Below are positions 13,847 through 27,147 of a stretch of DNA of 64,000 bases, one piece after another. Origin of the DNA: Trichodelitschia bisporula. Its lineage: Eukaryota. The position numbers and the translations under genes are program-made. The notes under the pieces were generated by a model. The model did no database searches. It was given only the letters and a program-made list of their open reading frames with translations, and was not told the origin of the DNA. Where the stretch lies: contig ML996687.1 in assembly GCA_010356995.1 (NCBI GenBank), positions 745,803 to 809,802 on the forward strand, in the 5' to 3' direction. Position 1 is the stretch's first letter; the number at the start of each line of letters is the position of its first letter.

Positions 13847-16800
13847 AGATGGGTCGAAGTTCGCCTTGCCGGCGTGTAACCCGGCCCGAGAATCTGGTCG
13901 GCTTGCTCGGGGGCGAGTTGCCAAGCCTCTCGCCAACGCGCATCCATATCCAATAATTCGCGCCAAATGCGCGCTTCCATTGGCGCAGCCCATGTGGCGC
14001 CGCAACCGCGGCCAAGTCCCATCCCTCCCCCCTGCAAAACACCACACCTCACTTCTCTTCCCCCTCCCACGCACACCTCCCCCCACCTACACTCTCACCT
14101 CCAACCCTCTACCCTTTTTCAAATCGGCCTCTCCGACCTACTGCCTGGCCCCCAACACTAACATCTCAATAACAGATGGCAGACGCCAATGGAGGCAGCC
14201 ACATTGCTGCTAATTCTGCCCTCAGTCACATCTATCCACAACTGCATCAGCAAACAGAATGCCTCATTCAATGGGCTGACTTAGCCACCACCCCTCCCGT
14301 TGTAAACTGTCGCCGAACCTTGCGCCGAACGCTTCTTTCTCCTGCATTCCAGCACCTTGAGGTCTCCGAGCAAGCCTCAAGGCCTCCTCCCCCACCTCCG
14401 CCGCCTCTCCCGTCCCATGTTTGCGGCGACCTCGCGCAGAAGTCCGTCATGTGAGCTGGATGCAATGCGTTCTACGCCCATTCTTGTGTCTTCGCCGCAA
14501 AGTCTAATGCTCCGCAACGGCGTGGTCAAACAGAGTCAGACCGGAGCGAGCACGCGAGCATGGAGCTGTCGATACATCGATCTGCCTTGGGCCTGTCCAG
14601 CATATAGCGGAGCGGAGCTCACGCTTCAAGCATGCTGAGCGGGGCAATTTGAAATGCTCAGTCTCCATGATCCCAACACCGTTTTCGGCGAAGCAACAAC
14701 TCCATGAGGCCTCATCAGTAACTGTCTCAGCACATGCAGTTTCCGGGGTTGCCTGTCACCACGCCGCCACGGCCCTGTCTTAATCACATCGCTACCGATG
14801 CATGTCGAATTCCGCTCAAGCCTCTGGTAAGCCGAAGGCAGAGGGGCGTCGATCTCAAGACGGTTTGCGCGCCTGTTGTCCAAGAAGAAACGCCATCGGG
14901 CCAAAAATCGTGCGTCGCAGCCTCATTTTGGATCCTCTAGGCTCTGGGTTGGCCGCGACCTCGCGTCTGCCGCCTGCAAGTTCCGCGGCTTTACCGCCTT
15001 CTCCCCGGGGTTGGCGTGCAGTCGGCCATGCATTTGCTGGCCCTAAAGCCTCCGTCCGTTTGGCCCATCTTCCGTGATGTGGCTGCGCGCAACCATGACA
15101 CCCGCGCATCGCGGTCCATCCTTCCCGCCGACCACGTCGACCACCAGCCCCTGCAGCGCCTCAAAGCATGCAAATTGAGCAAAATGTGCCTGCTTTGCAT
15201 CGAATTTGGGCCATGTTGTGGCCGCCTTCAGTCTGCCTTTGGCTGCTGCGCCGCATCCGTGGACGCTCACACCCTTTGCGAGCCTTTACCTGTGACCCCA
15301 ACCATAGGTTCAGCAGGTGAAAGAAGCAGCCACACGGATATGTGTTCCGCTTCTTAACCTCGATTCAGTCAATTTTAGCGCCTGAAGATTCTCTATTCGC
15401 TCGCAGTCCGCGCAACCCCCGGCTACTTTTACCCCGGGCGGGAGCGCTGGCGGCTAGTGAAACGGGCCTTCGCCACGCAACCACCAAACCACCACACCCC
15501 GTTCATCTCATCTGCGCACTCGCGTTCGCCCACAGTCACCTGAATCCAATCGATGCTCACGAAAATTAAATTCTCATTCTTTCAAAGGCATTCCTAAATT
15601 AATGGCGTTGACACTGGCAGTCCTCCACGCTGTGCAGTTTCCTCGTTAGCGTTCGCTTCCACTATGCCGCTTCATGCTTTGGTTCTTTCGGTTCGGCAAT
15701 GCAATGTTTTCTCTCCTGGATTTCATGCAGAGCACGCTGTGCCGCTTTCCGCTCGCATCAGAGGGGACACGGTCGCATCGGCCCCCAGCTTCAGAACCGG
15801 ATGCCATTCGTCAAGGAGGATGAAGCCTTACAAACTGATGCCTCAATGACTCGGCCGCTATCGCTCGCTTCTGGTACGTGAAGATGTCTAGCAATATGCT
15901 CGCTGACATGCAACACCTTGACCCGCCTGAGGGCATGAGCAGATACAGATAGCCCGGCGCAGGGATCCACGCCCAAAAGTGATCAATTTACCTCACCGCA
16001 GACAACCGGTGCATCGCCGTGTGGAGATCTCGCCAGAGTTGGCAGGCATCCCAATTCTTACTGCACTCAGCAATCTCAACCCCATCAACCGCTCCCTTCG
16101 TACCGTTCATCCGCCTCTCCTTTTCTCCATATCAAGACGCCAATCGAAACTGCCCATGATCTTGTGGCATCCTCGGCACTCGAGTTGTAGCCAAGTCACC
16201 GTCCTCAAACTGAATTGCCGTTCTGAGGCCCCTCCATTCCCGATTCGGTCATTTGGCACATATCCCAAGTAGATCAGCTTTCCGACCAAGTCTATCCTGG
16301 ATGCTGCTGTGCACAACGGGCCCCTGAATATGGCACTGTCGAAATCGTCCTCCTGCATAGCCGGTGCAGCTTTTCGTCATGCTAGCGTCCCAAGGTTCGA
16401 GCCCTCCCGCCGTCTCTCTTGCCGCAAGGCATCTCCCCGCTTGCTGGATTCCAAATTAGACGCAGGTAGCGCCCCAAGCGGAGCGGAAGGCAAGAACCGA
16501 GAACCGCGGTGTCGCCATTGGCCTTCGATCCGACGGTTGCGACCGTACCGTCATCTCGCCAAGAAGTTGTCATACTTTTTCCAGTTGGTTGCTTTCTGAA
16601 GCTGGAGGGCGGCCTAGGGTAGGGGTCCATTTCTGTGCGGCGACCTTGTTCCCCGCTTCCTCACTGCGGCCGCCAGTCACTGACCGGTTAGGGAGTGCTT
16701 CCCCCGGCTCCCCCCCCCCTCCCTCCCTCCCTCCTCCCTAACACTTCGACAGCCAAAGACAAGACACATCCCCCACCCATGAAGCCATCCCGAGATTAGG

Positions 16801-17737
16801 TCGGCTCGGCACGTTATCAGCATCAGCTGCACTACCCATGCTGGCCCTCTGTCAGCAGTATGGGGCCAAAGCCTTGTGATTCTGGGTCATGCAAGGTAGG
16901 GGGTTGTGCGTGGGCGGAGATGGATCCTGTGACCGTTATTTGCTGCTGCAATGGCGTGTTTCTTGACACCCGGACGCCATTGCGCCATGAAAGTGCTTCG
17001 GCATTTGCCTTCCTCTCATCTAGACATCTTCGCCTCGTTGCGTAAATCCGTTAGGGCGGCCGCCTTATGTTCAGTTTGACGACGCCGCTTCCGCCGAACT
17101 GGCCATCGTAGGCGAAGCCTAACGCCACCGGTTTACCAATGTGAAGACTTGCATGTCCTTGCTGCTGCCGAATTGTCAGGGTTCTAAACATGGTTCATCG
17201 CTGCCCGGAGGCCTTGTATTTTCTTCCCCGCGGTGCTTTAGACCACAGTAGATCAGGAATCAATCCTGTCCATTACTTTCAGATGTAAATCGGAGACTAA
17301 GCTTCCACGAGCCTAGGCACGAGCCTATGCACGAGTACAGCTCGACTCGACGTAGCGCCAGCACATCTCCCCCCTCTCTCAACCCTTTCACTTCATTATT
17401 CTTCCTGTCACACACCGCCTTAGCAGGCGGCATGAGCAATGCTAGTCATAGATTGGCACTTTTGGCTCTGCGGATGTGTTAAGGGAACAGATGGCAAGTC
17501 TCCATGCGTAACACAGAAGACATGCCGTAAGTGTGTGCTATCACACATCTTCAACTCGGCCAACCCTGCAGCTGTTACGGCCCAAGGGGCCATTGCATGA
17601 AAAGAAGTCAAACAATCGAATCATTCCAGATGAAGCTAGATGAGCGTCAGCCGAAATGCAGCTTCCAGTCCGGTCAACCTAATTATTGAACCCTTCCACA
17701 AACTCCGTAAGGGAACGCCAGTATGGCCCTCGTGTTA

Positions 17738-18883
17738 TCATGAACGTCCCAACCCTATATCCTCGATATCCTCTAGCTCTTCCTCGGTCTTGACCTTCAC
17801 ATCCTTCTCTTCCTTCACAGCCACCGCTCGTCTCAGAACCGTCCTTCTCCCCGTCACAACCTCCTCATCCTCATCCTCCTCCTTAACAACTTCAACCTTC
17901 TCCTTCTTAATCCTCTCTTTTTTCACCCCTACAGCAGATGGACAAAGTCCCTGCTCCGCAAGCTTACAGCCCCCGCACCTCGGCCCAACAGGCAAGCAAA
18001 CCGTCTGCCCAAACCCAACGAGCAACGCATTAATCTCATGCCACTTCTCCCGGGGCAACCACGCCTGCAGCGCCTTCCGAGTCTCCTCCGGCGTGCGCGT
18101 CCGATGCCACCCCCACCGATTCGTAATCCGATGTACATGGACGTCGACGCCAACGCCCTCGTCGCGGCCCCACGCCGCCGACATGCACAAGTACGCCATC
18201 TTGGGCCCCACTCCGGGAAGGCTAATCAAGCCCTCGATCGTGGGTGGGATGTCGCCGCCCCAGCGGTCGCGCAGCAGCACCGCCGTCGCTTTGATGTATT
18301 TCGCCTTGGTGGCATGGAAGCCGACTTTGCAGATTAGCTCGTCGATGCGGGTTTCAGGTGTTGCGAGGACGGATTCTAGGGTTAGGCCGCCCGGGAGCGA
18401 GGACTTGAGGGTTTGGATGGCGACGGCGGTGACGGTGTCTTTGGTTTGTGAGGAGAGCATCAGGGAGGTTAGGGTTTGGTAGCGCTGGACTTCTACTGGC
18501 GCCGCCCGGTCGGCGAGCACGGCGCAGCCCATTGTGTCTACTGGCGCAATTGTCGTGGCCCGCATGGCTTGCGTGAGCTTGTAGACTTCCTCCCAGTGTG
18601 GGGGTGGGGCGGTGGGGGTCGAAGGCGGAGAAGAGGTGCGGGATTTCTTTACGGCGGGGAGTTTTGAGGGAGGAGCTCGCTTGCGCTTGCGTGGTGGAGG
18701 TGAGGCAGAGGGACTGGATGGCTCGTGGAGGGAGGACAGGTCGTCGTCGCTGCTTGTGGAGGGGGGTGGTTTGAGACTAGGGGCGGCAGCGGGTCGTGCG
18801 GTGCTGGAACGGGTTACGCGGGTTGTGGTCGTTATAGTGCTTGCCACCCGCGTGGTGTCGCGTGAAATACGAGAGGTGCGCAT
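17738..18883 (-). CDS. NTH1: Endonuclease III-like DNA glycosylase/AP lyase (HhH-GPD, 4Fe-4S)
   Basis: [17 protein letters not shown], Hh[18 protein letters not shown], FeS cluster [19 protein letters not shown]; intronless. Confidence 0.95.
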   Translation of the reverse strand: MRTSRISRDTTRVASTITTTTRVTRSSTARPAAAPSLKPPPSTSSDDDLSSLHEPSSPSASPPPRKRKRAPPSKLPAVKKSRTSSPPSTPTAPPPHWEEVYKLTQAMRATTIAPVDTMGCAVLADRAAPVEVQRYQTLTSLMLSSQTKDTVTAVAIQTLKSSLPGGLTLESVLATPETRIDELICKVGFHATKAKYIKATAVLLRDRWGGDIPPTIEGLISLPGVGPKMAYLCMSAAWGRDEGVGVDVHVHRITNRWGWHRTRTPEETRKALQAWLPREKWHEINALLVGFGQTVCLPVGPRCGGCKLAEQGLCPSAVGVKKERIKKEKVEVVKEEDEDEEVVTGRRTVLRRAVAVKEEKDVKVKTEEELEDIEDIGLGRS

Positions 18884-19209
18884 TGCGGGTGAACTGTGAA
18901 GAGGTGGAGTTGGTGGTGTGGGTGTATGGGGAGCGCTGATGGGCGAGGCATGAAGTCGAAGTCGCGAGCGTGTGGGGATCAGCGCACAGGCCACATCTGG
19001 ACCGCCACGAGGCTTGGGACTGTCGCCACAGCGGACCTCCATGCGGGATACATCACTCAGTACGGCTGCGAAAGCATCGCTCAAGAAGCAAGTGAAGTGG
19101 GAGATATGAAGACAGGATGTGGAATTGAGAGGGAGTCTCGACAGTCGCATATACAGGAGATCCCAGCCGGCGATCTCAGCCTCGCGCACCCTGCATCCAG
19201 CACCCAGCC

Positions 19210-20460
19210 TTACGCAGTTGCGCCGGTAAGCTGCACCTGGTAGCTCAACCCACGATTCGCCTCTGTCGGGATCTTGAAGGCATCGTACGGGATCAGGTTC
19301 TTGGGCGTGTTAACCACCACCAAACTCGCCTCCTCTCCCGGCGCCAGCGAAACCTTCCCATTCCCATTTTCAAAATCCACGTACCGAGTGGCACCTCCTT
19401 GCCCGCGGACCGCAAAGGTTGCAGTAAAGGCCATATCAGCCGTGATTTTAGCCGTTATGGCGCCGCTGCCCTTTAGTGGTATGATGTTGGCCCCCATGTA
19501 CCGAGGCTGGCGTGCTGCCTTACCCTTGTAGCTCCCAGAACTGCCTTCCACATTGGCCTGGTTGAGGCGGCCGCGAGTGCTCATGAAAACCTCTTTAATC
19601 TGCTTGTGGCCAATGTCTCCGTTGGCCATGCGCGCCCAGTACCTGCCGACGATCGTCTGTACTGGAGTCGTGGTAACACGCGCGAGGGCGAAGAGCGGAT
19701 CGTCGTTGCTCTTGGGCTTGTACTTCCGGATCATGTCGCGCACCGCCGTCTGCCCGAGCCCGGGGTAATTGTCCGGGTTATAGGTGAGGTATGCGAAGAA
19801 GGGCCAAGCCTGGTATTGATTCCCCGTAGCCGCCGAGCCGTCGACTATGACTTGGTACGAGCCGCCGATGACCCTGATGAGATCGACAATGGTGCGGCCT
19901 TCCTTTTGCCCAAATTTCGCTCGGGACTTTTCGCAGGCCGGACTGGTCATGTAAAGATCCGCGATGTACTGCGCGAGCGTCTCCCACCAAGCACCTGTCC
20001 GCGTCTGATCAACCCAAAGCCTTTCGTGATACGTGAGCGCGTGTCCGTATTCATGAACCGTGACCTTGGGGTCGGGGAGGGATCCTTTGAGAACTTTGAG
20101 GTAGCTCATTCCGGAGCGCGCATCGGAGAACATCTGACCAGCCGCTGATCCCAAGCTGCTGACTCCATAGATGTTCATCTTGTAGTATGGACCGGCGTTG
20201 GACGCCGTATTGTATGACAGTCCTGACGAGCGCCATCCTATCGTCTCCACGAGGCAGTTGTATGCCGCCTCCAATTCCTTGATGGCTGCATCGGCTTGAG
20301 AATCGGAGGCACCATAGACGCGAAAATGTGGTGAATCCTTAAATTGGCTGCCGCCGCCACCGATTCCGGGGTTGGCCTCGAAGATGGCCGGCGGTGTCTG
20401 CGCGACGACTGCGCAAGCACAGCAGGCTATGGCGATCACAAAACTGAGAAGTCGGGCCAT
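19210..20460 (-). CDS. Secreted putative zinc metalloprotease-like protein (DUF6055-like), intronless
   Basis: Hydrophobic signal peptide [25 protein letters not shown] followed ~20 aa later by WWE (gluzincin-like arrangement). Family label is from recall. Confidence 0.75.
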   Translation of the reverse strand: MARLLSFVIAIACCACAVVAQTPPAIFEANPGIGGGGSQFKDSPHFRVYGASDSQADAAIKELEAAYNCLVETIGWRSSGLSYNTASNAGPYYKMNIYGVSSLGSAAGQMFSDARSGMSYLKVLKGSLPDPKVTVHEYGHALTYHERLWVDQTRTGAWWETLAQYIADLYMTSPACEKSRAKFGQKEGRTIVDLIRVIGGSYQVIVDGSAATGNQYQAWPFFAYLTYNPDNYPGLGQTAVRDMIRKYKPKSNDDPLFALARVTTTPVQTIVGRYWARMANGDIGHKQIKEVFMSTRGRLNQANVEGSSGSYKGKAARQPRYMGANIIPLKGSGAITAKITADMAFTATFAVRGQGGATRYVDFENGNGKVSLAPGEEASLVVVNTPKNLIPYDAFKIPTEANRGLSYQVQLTGATA

Positions 20461-22037
20461 TGCCGTTAACGCAGAAGAGGAAGGGATTCCATCACGACAT
20501 GTACCCTACCGCAAATTCTTTCATATCCGCAGCTCTTCGCCTATGAGGTGCTTAAAATTGGCAAGTACGGATTATATTGCCTGTTAAGTAAAAGGTGTGA
20601 GAGATGTCGGCTGGGTCACAGCACCCTAGTCATGCGACAGACCAGATTAGCCGAACCTGCGCTCAAGTTGATATTCCTGTCATTCAGTCAGCCTACTGGA
20701 AGGATATTACAGTAGAACGCGTATCTGGGTACTTGTTCAGTGGCCATCTCGGCATCCTGGACCATTCCGACAGGTTGTATCATTTACTCGGTAGTGCAGT
20801 CAGCCGAGCCCTACACATCTAACCATCCATCTAACAAGGGCGTCAGGGGCGTAGAAGATAGTTAAGGTATTTATGCACCAATGACAGATATGATATACAA
20901 GCCAAAAGTATGACATCCGTTCACCTTTGCAGCCTTCTAAAATAAGAATTTGTGCGTGATTCAAATGCGATATTGTGGCGGGTGTATATGTGGCGCAAGT
21001 TGCGTTTCACGTCACTGTGATGCCAGTGTCGAGAGACATGAACTAGAGGCAGTACCGCCAAACTGCAGACAAAGGTCAGAGAGACTTTTAAAGGTCGGGA
21101 CTGCAATTCAAGAAATAGTTGTATCTCGGACCCAGGAGCGAACTGGTGCGGGTTGGTGTATATCATTGAGAGGATCTTCATGGACTGGACCGAGAACTTG
21201 TCGGCACATCCATACGCCACGGATTTTGTACCGGGCACTGGAGATAACGGCTAGTTCTAGTTCATCGAGTGGCGATCCTCGGTTCGCTGTGTCATATGCT
21301 TCCAAATGATCTTTCAATCCCGATTCTCTTCAACATCAAAAAGCTGGGATGTTGACGTCCGCCCTGGCGGTTACCAACAGCCAGACCGACAGCCTATAGA
21401 TAGTAAGAACGATTCCTGCCCAGAGCACGAATTATCATGAGCACGGGAAGGTTAGATATCCGTCCCAACCTGGTCTTCTCATACCCAGACCGATAAGATA
21501 CGCTTGAAGCAACACCGAACTGAACTGATCCTCCGATGGTAAAGTGAACTTCAAGAGAATCCGATTTGAGGCCAGTATACTCAACACATGAACAACCGAA
21601 ACGTGGGGGTAGCGAGTTCTGAAGGTGTGGGGGAGTGGGCAGCATTACTACTTTGAGAATCACCTGCAGCTGAGTTAATGGCTCTCTGATTAGCTTACAG
21701 CAAGAAGAACTGTCGCTCTTTGCGAGATTTATGTCGAGGGGGAGGGCCTCGCATTGAGGAATCCCACGCACCACAGCCCTCAAATGATCGGCCAGTATTC
21801 AAAATCCATGGCCGAGAACCAAAGTGTCTGACACCGGGTTTGAAAGATGAATAGAATTTAATGGAAAATGCTCGATACTTGGCCTGAAGCGGAATACCGT
21901 TTGGCTTTGTCAGTCTTCGTGAAGGCTTTTAATAGAGGGCGGACTGTATGGCTGATCAAGTGCGCCTCCACAACAGGTTCCCTTGATCAAAAGAGGCGTG
22001 GCCTTGGAAACCTGAAAGCCTGGGAGCAGCCCGGTTG

Positions 22038-22514
22038 TCAGGCTGCAGCAGTAAATGCACCAGAGGGCGGCAAGTTGATAGAGGAGCTCATATCCTTCCC
22101 TACAGCCATATCCTCCGTGCTGAGCAGACCCCCAGGCAGTAGGTAAATGATATCCTCCCGGCGACCAGACTCTTCGCCCGCTCCGTACTGCGCTTTGTCG
22201 AGATGGTAACCAACGACAAGTCGGCATCTGCCACACCGCTGGAGATAGCGTTTCTCGAAGCCATCGGTTCGACGCACTACTACGGGCTTGCGGTCCATAA
22301 TAGTATTGAGTAGCATGACGTACTCGGTCGACGATTCGTCTCCTCGGGGCTCGGAAGGAGGTGGCAGGGGTAAGATGAAGGAAGCATCAACGGCGGAGCG
22401 GCGTTGGAGAGAGGTCAGCGGGTTCAAGCTGGCAAACAAGAGAAAAGAACAGAGGCAGTGATATGTATGCACGCCACGCGGGGGTGCCGTTTCTGCAGTC
22501 ATGGGTGCTGACAT
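22038..22514 (-). CDS. STEEP1/CXorf56-like zinc-binding protein
   Basis: HTYHCLC ... RRSAVD ... VRRTDGFEKRYLQRCGRCRLVVGY pattern typical of the family. Confidence 0.75.
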   Translation of the reverse strand: MSAPMTAETAPPRGVHTYHCLCSFLLFASLNPLTSLQRRSAVDASFILPLPPPSEPRGDESSTEYVMLLNTIMDRKPVVVRRTDGFEKRYLQRCGRCRLVVGYHLDKAQYGAGEESGRREDIIYLLPGGLLSTEDMAVGKDMSSSINLPPSGAFTAAA

Positions 22515-24036
22515 GTTCTAGGCGGACGTGGGATTCGAGAATCAAGCAATGGAAAACGAGAAGCGGGAAGGCCGGTACTGGGAAGTGCTGATAGAGTTGA
22601 GCCCAGGAAGAAGTAATTGAAGATCGTGGAGGGGAGTGGGGGCGGGGGTGCTGCGCGTCCCCGGATTTGCAGCTCCCACGGGGTTGATGGCGCAACAAAC
22701 GGCGCAGGGCGGGGGTGCTGGGTTTCCAGCAGGTACCGGACGAACGGTGGGGGCGCCTTGAGGTTTGGTGACTTCGAGGATAACGTCGGTGGACGAGGTC
22801 GAGTAGTCACGAGCACCTTGCCGTCCCGTCTTTCAATCGTTGATTCTCGACGCGAGACTGCGGATAATCGCGCGGTTGTGGGGGGTGAGTAAGAGAGACG
22901 TGAATCGAATTGAGATGATTGACAGGAAAGTAAAGCGGATTTCAGCGGGCGGTGAAGGTGGGCGAGTGGAGCAATGGACAGCGAGAGATGGAGAGGAAAC
23001 GAAGCGTGGGAGAATCGCCACCCGCGTCTCATGTGGGGTGCATTTGATGCCTGAGGACTTTTAATTTCCTGGATCGAGATGCCAAGTGCTGTCGTGGAGC
23101 AACGTCGATCTGCATCTGAACTTCAACATGACCAACATCAGCTCTTGTGCGCTCTTTGTCGCCCTCGATTTTGAATACATAGCAAGTCGCGCTATGGAGC
23201 ATGTCTTTGACGCTAGTTGTTTCGTTGTTGTTGCTCCTTACCTCGTGACTATCTGAGTAGGAGACGCTGAGCATCGCACCGATGCAGCTTTCATGCGTCC
23301 CAGTCATCTAAGGTTACCTCCGTATCTCACTTTGTCTTCGCTCAAAGCTTCATCCCGCCCTCGACTTCCCGTTATCTCACCAGCCTTGATGAGCAATTGG
23401 GTAATGCACTTAATAACCTATGAAAGGCCACACGGCTTACTCCCTCTTTGAGTTTTCACGATGTTCATCACATGCAGGGATGGAACGTCACCTGGCTGAG
23501 GCTGAAGGAAGGACGAAGGAAGCAATTGACCAATTGCCTGGTATGTAAATGGACTTGACCAGCCTCAGCCGTGTACGTTGCATCGTGGGGCCTGTCACAT
23601 CTTGGTGTACTTCTTCCCGTATGTGGCATAATGTGGAAGCAGAACAAGCTTCTCTACGTTGCTTTACGATGTGACCCCGCATTCTTCATTCCGTTGTCTC
23701 TCCTCCCTCATCCTGCATAGTCCCCACGTCTCATTGCTTCCTGCCGTACCGTACCCCCTTTCCCTCCCTCTCCCCCGCCCCCCTAAAACCCCACACACAT
23801 CTCTTCCACCAACGTCCCCATCACCACCACCGCCACCACCACCACCACCAACACTATCCCATGACCGACATGGCTCGCTCCGAAAACCCTCACTCGCCTG
23901 GTGGCGACCGCGAGCCCGGGTGGCCTTCCCCTTGGCCGGCGGGTCTTGGCTGAACCCTGGGGTGGGTGATGGGCGTTGGTGGGGCGTCTCGCTTTCCGGC
24001 GCGGGGTCCCAAAAACTGCTGCGGGACTTCGAGGGC

Positions 24037-24043
24037 TGACTCA
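24037..24043. promoter_or_regulatory. Gcn4/CpcA recognition element TGACTCA upstream of asparagine synthetase
   Basis: Perfect TGACTCA ~170 bp upstream of the ATG at 24209; asparagine synthetase is an established cross-pathway-control target. Confidence 0.7.
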
Positions 24044-24208
24044 ATCAAAGAAACCACCACCAAGAAGATTTATCGCCGCAGCCCGCGAAGTCGGAGAACA
24101 TCTCTTCTATAAGATTGTTCGCCTCCCCTTCAGTCCGTCTTCTCTTCTCTTCATTGTCCGTCTACTCCCCCGTCTTTCCACACTACATCTCTTCGACAAT
24201 CGCCCACT

Positions 24209-26404
24209 ATGTGTGGAATTTTTGCTTGCCATTGGTACGCTCCCCGCGTTATCTTCCCTCTTTACGATATGCGTCACTCGCCGCACCGAAATATTTTTCT
24301 TCGCCATTTGCGTATATACTGACGACTCTTTAGTCACCCCAATGTGCGCGCATTCAAGCCGACAGCCCTCAAGATGGGCAAGGCGTAAGTTTTCTGATTC
24401 TGGAAGGTTCTGCCTTTGCGCAATTGCTGATGGTCGCGATAGAATCCGCCACCGCGGGCCGGACTGGAGTGAGTCGAATTCCACTTACAAACGAACAAGT
24501 CTAAAGTTGCTTGATATCCAGGCGGCAACATCATTTCCAACAACACGAGTACGCATCCTGCTTCCCCAGTGCGTCAAATGTACTGACAATACTGTGTAGT
24601 TCTCGTCCATGAACGCTTGAGCATCGTGGGCATCGGTAAGCCTTCGTTCTTGTCCCGTCAACAACAGTCAAATTGACGCATACTTAGATACTGGCGCACA
24701 GCCTTTGGTCAACGATGAGGGCACCATTGCGCTGGCCGTCAATGGAGAAATATACAACCACAGGGTTCTGCGCAAGCAGTCCAAAGTGCAGTACAACTAC
24801 AAGACGCACTCGGACTGCGAGGTTATAATCCCGCTGGTATGTTGCCTGGAACTGCGATTTACACAGCTGCTGAGAGTTGGGCAGTATATGGAGCACGGAA
24901 TCGATGCTCCCAAGTACCTGGACGGCATGTTCTCGTGGGTGCTGCACGATAAGATCTTGGATCGTGTTGTTGCTGCCCGCGACCCCATCGGCATCACCAC
25001 GTTCTATATGGGCAGGTCGAGCACCACTCCTGGAGCTGTCTTCTTCGCATCCGAGCTCAAGTGCTTGCACCCGGTTTGCGACAACATCATTTCTTTCCCT
25101 CCCGGTCACGTCTACGACTCGTCCACCGACAAGCTCACGCGCTACTACACCCCAAAGTGGCTGATGGAGCCGAGCAATGTGCCTTCCACCCCGATCGACT
25201 ACAAGCTGATCAGGGAGACCTTTGAGCGGTCCGTGCGGAAGCGCTTGATGGCTGAGGTGCCGTTTGGCGTTCTCCTTTCCGGCGGCTTGGACTCCAGCTT
25301 GGTGGCATCCATTGCGCAGCGTGAGATCCGAAGGCTCAACAAGGCTGTTGAAGCCAACGGCTCTGCTGGGATCACTGACGGCAAGCCGTCGAGCGACCAT
25401 CTGGTTGGTATCGATTCCGAAAACCACTTGACCACCGTGCAAGTACTCCCGGAGCTCAACTCCTTCTCCATCGGCCTGAAAGATTCTCCCGACACCAAGG
25501 CTGCGCAGGAGGTGGCCAATTTCCTCGGCACCAAGCATCACAGCTTCACCTTTACCGTTGAGGATGGTCTCAATGCTCTTTCCGATGTCATCTTCCATCT
25601 TGAAACCTATGACGTCACTACCATTCGCGCATCGACTCCGATGTACCTGTTGAGCCGCAAGATCAAGGCCATGGGTGTGAAGATGGTGCTCAGTGGTGAA
25701 GGCAGCGACGAAATATTTGGGGGTTACCTGTACTTCCACGCTGCACCGGACAAGAAGGCCTTCCACGAGGAGACTGTGCGTCGCGTCAAGAACCTTCACC
25801 TGGCAGACTGCCTGCGCGCCAACAAGTCGACCTCGGCTTGGGGTGTGGAGGCCCGCGTGCCCTTCTTGGACAAGCAATTCCTCGAAGTCGCCATGAACGT
25901 CGATCCGGCAGAGAAGATGATCACTAAGGAGCGCATCGAGAAGTACATTCTCCGCAAGGCGTTTGATACCACCGATGAGCCCGGTACCGCACCTTATCTA
26001 CCGGATAAGATCCTCTGGCGGCAGAAGGAGCAGTTCAGCGACGGCGTGGGCTACGGCTGGATCGATGGTCTCAAGGACACTGCTGAGCTTATGGTGAGTG
26101 ACGAAGATATGAAGAACCCCAAGCCCCACTGGGGAGACGATATTCCGGACACCAAGGAGGCGTAAGTATTTTGCACCACAGTCTTAACCAGATTCTCACT
26201 TAAATAGGTACTGGTATCGCTGCATGTTTGACGAGCACTTCCCTCCATACTGCGCGTCGACCGTGATGCGCTGGACGCCGACTTGGTCAAAGCAGACTGA
26301 TCCCAGCGGACGGTATGTACAGCCAATGCTCTGTTCAGTTTGGGTTCTAACACGTTTTCAGGGCGATTGCAATTCACGAGAACAAGTATGACGAGACGGC
26401 ATAA
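24209..26404 (+). CDS. ASN1: Glutamine-dependent asparagine synthetase, multi-exon
   Basis: Ntn N-terminus [63 protein letters not shown]; several 5' micro-exons; ends ...HENKYDETA* at 26404. Confidence 0.96.
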
Positions 26405-27147
26405 TCTTGGTTACTCACAACTGGAGAATCCCCCGTGGTTGGGGGCTGTGACGAATCAGCCGCCGTTCTCTGCATTCCTGATGTTAGAACCTCAACCGCA
26501 GAAGCGTGTTGCGTCTTTACTGACTACGCGGTTGTTCATCCATCAGAATGACTGCATGACATTTACCGATGGGAGATCCTCCGGATATGGAGATAGACAT
26601 GTTGTACTACGCTGCGAGTGCAGATTTTTGTGGAGAATAGGTGTACGGGAAGGTGCAAGTGGTGTTTCCGGCAGCTCGGGCTCATTTTGGGCTGAAGGAA
26701 TTCCTGTTCGCTTTAGAACGCGTCTAACGTAGCTATCTTTGAATGGTTTGATACATCCTCTGATGTAGGATGAAGTGAGTGAATGGACCCCGGATGTTCG
26801 CGACACGACGAGCTTGTTAAGGACTGGTCGGAGAGGAAAGATGCAAATGGCTACTATGCCAGTACGCTGTGAAACTCATTTTCATGCACGTTCGAAGTGG
26901 TGTTCTTGAGCGGGGTAATGTCTGCAGCAATTGTGAGCGAAAAAGTCACCGCCTGTCTCTCGGCCCCGGACACCGCTGAAGAGTGGCAGCCGTTTTTGGC
27001 AGCTGTTGAAGCTCCTCAAGATGCAACTGGCCTCGCCCGGCAAACGACAACGCCCTCATTGAAGAACCTTCTTTACGGTCTTCACTCACAACCCGTGCAT
27101 CATCATTCATCGAACTCTTATCATCAAGACACACTGACTAGGACTGA

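Noticed and set aside
13377..14086. Overlapping Ser/Pro/Leu-rich minus-strand ORFs
   Set aside because: Products of the low-complexity purine/pyrimidine tract and minisatellite.
16686..16693. CCCUAACC on the minus strand (also CCUAACCC at ~59350) as a telomerase RNA template
   Set aside because: An 8-mer match is expected by chance in 64 kb; no UAACCCUAA-type template, pseudoknot or CR4/5 motif was recognised.
18884..19189. In-frame N-terminal extension of NTH1
   Set aside because: It reaches to within ~20-60 bp of the upstream gene's stop codon, leaving no room for a promoter; MRTSRISR at 18883 is the more plausible start.
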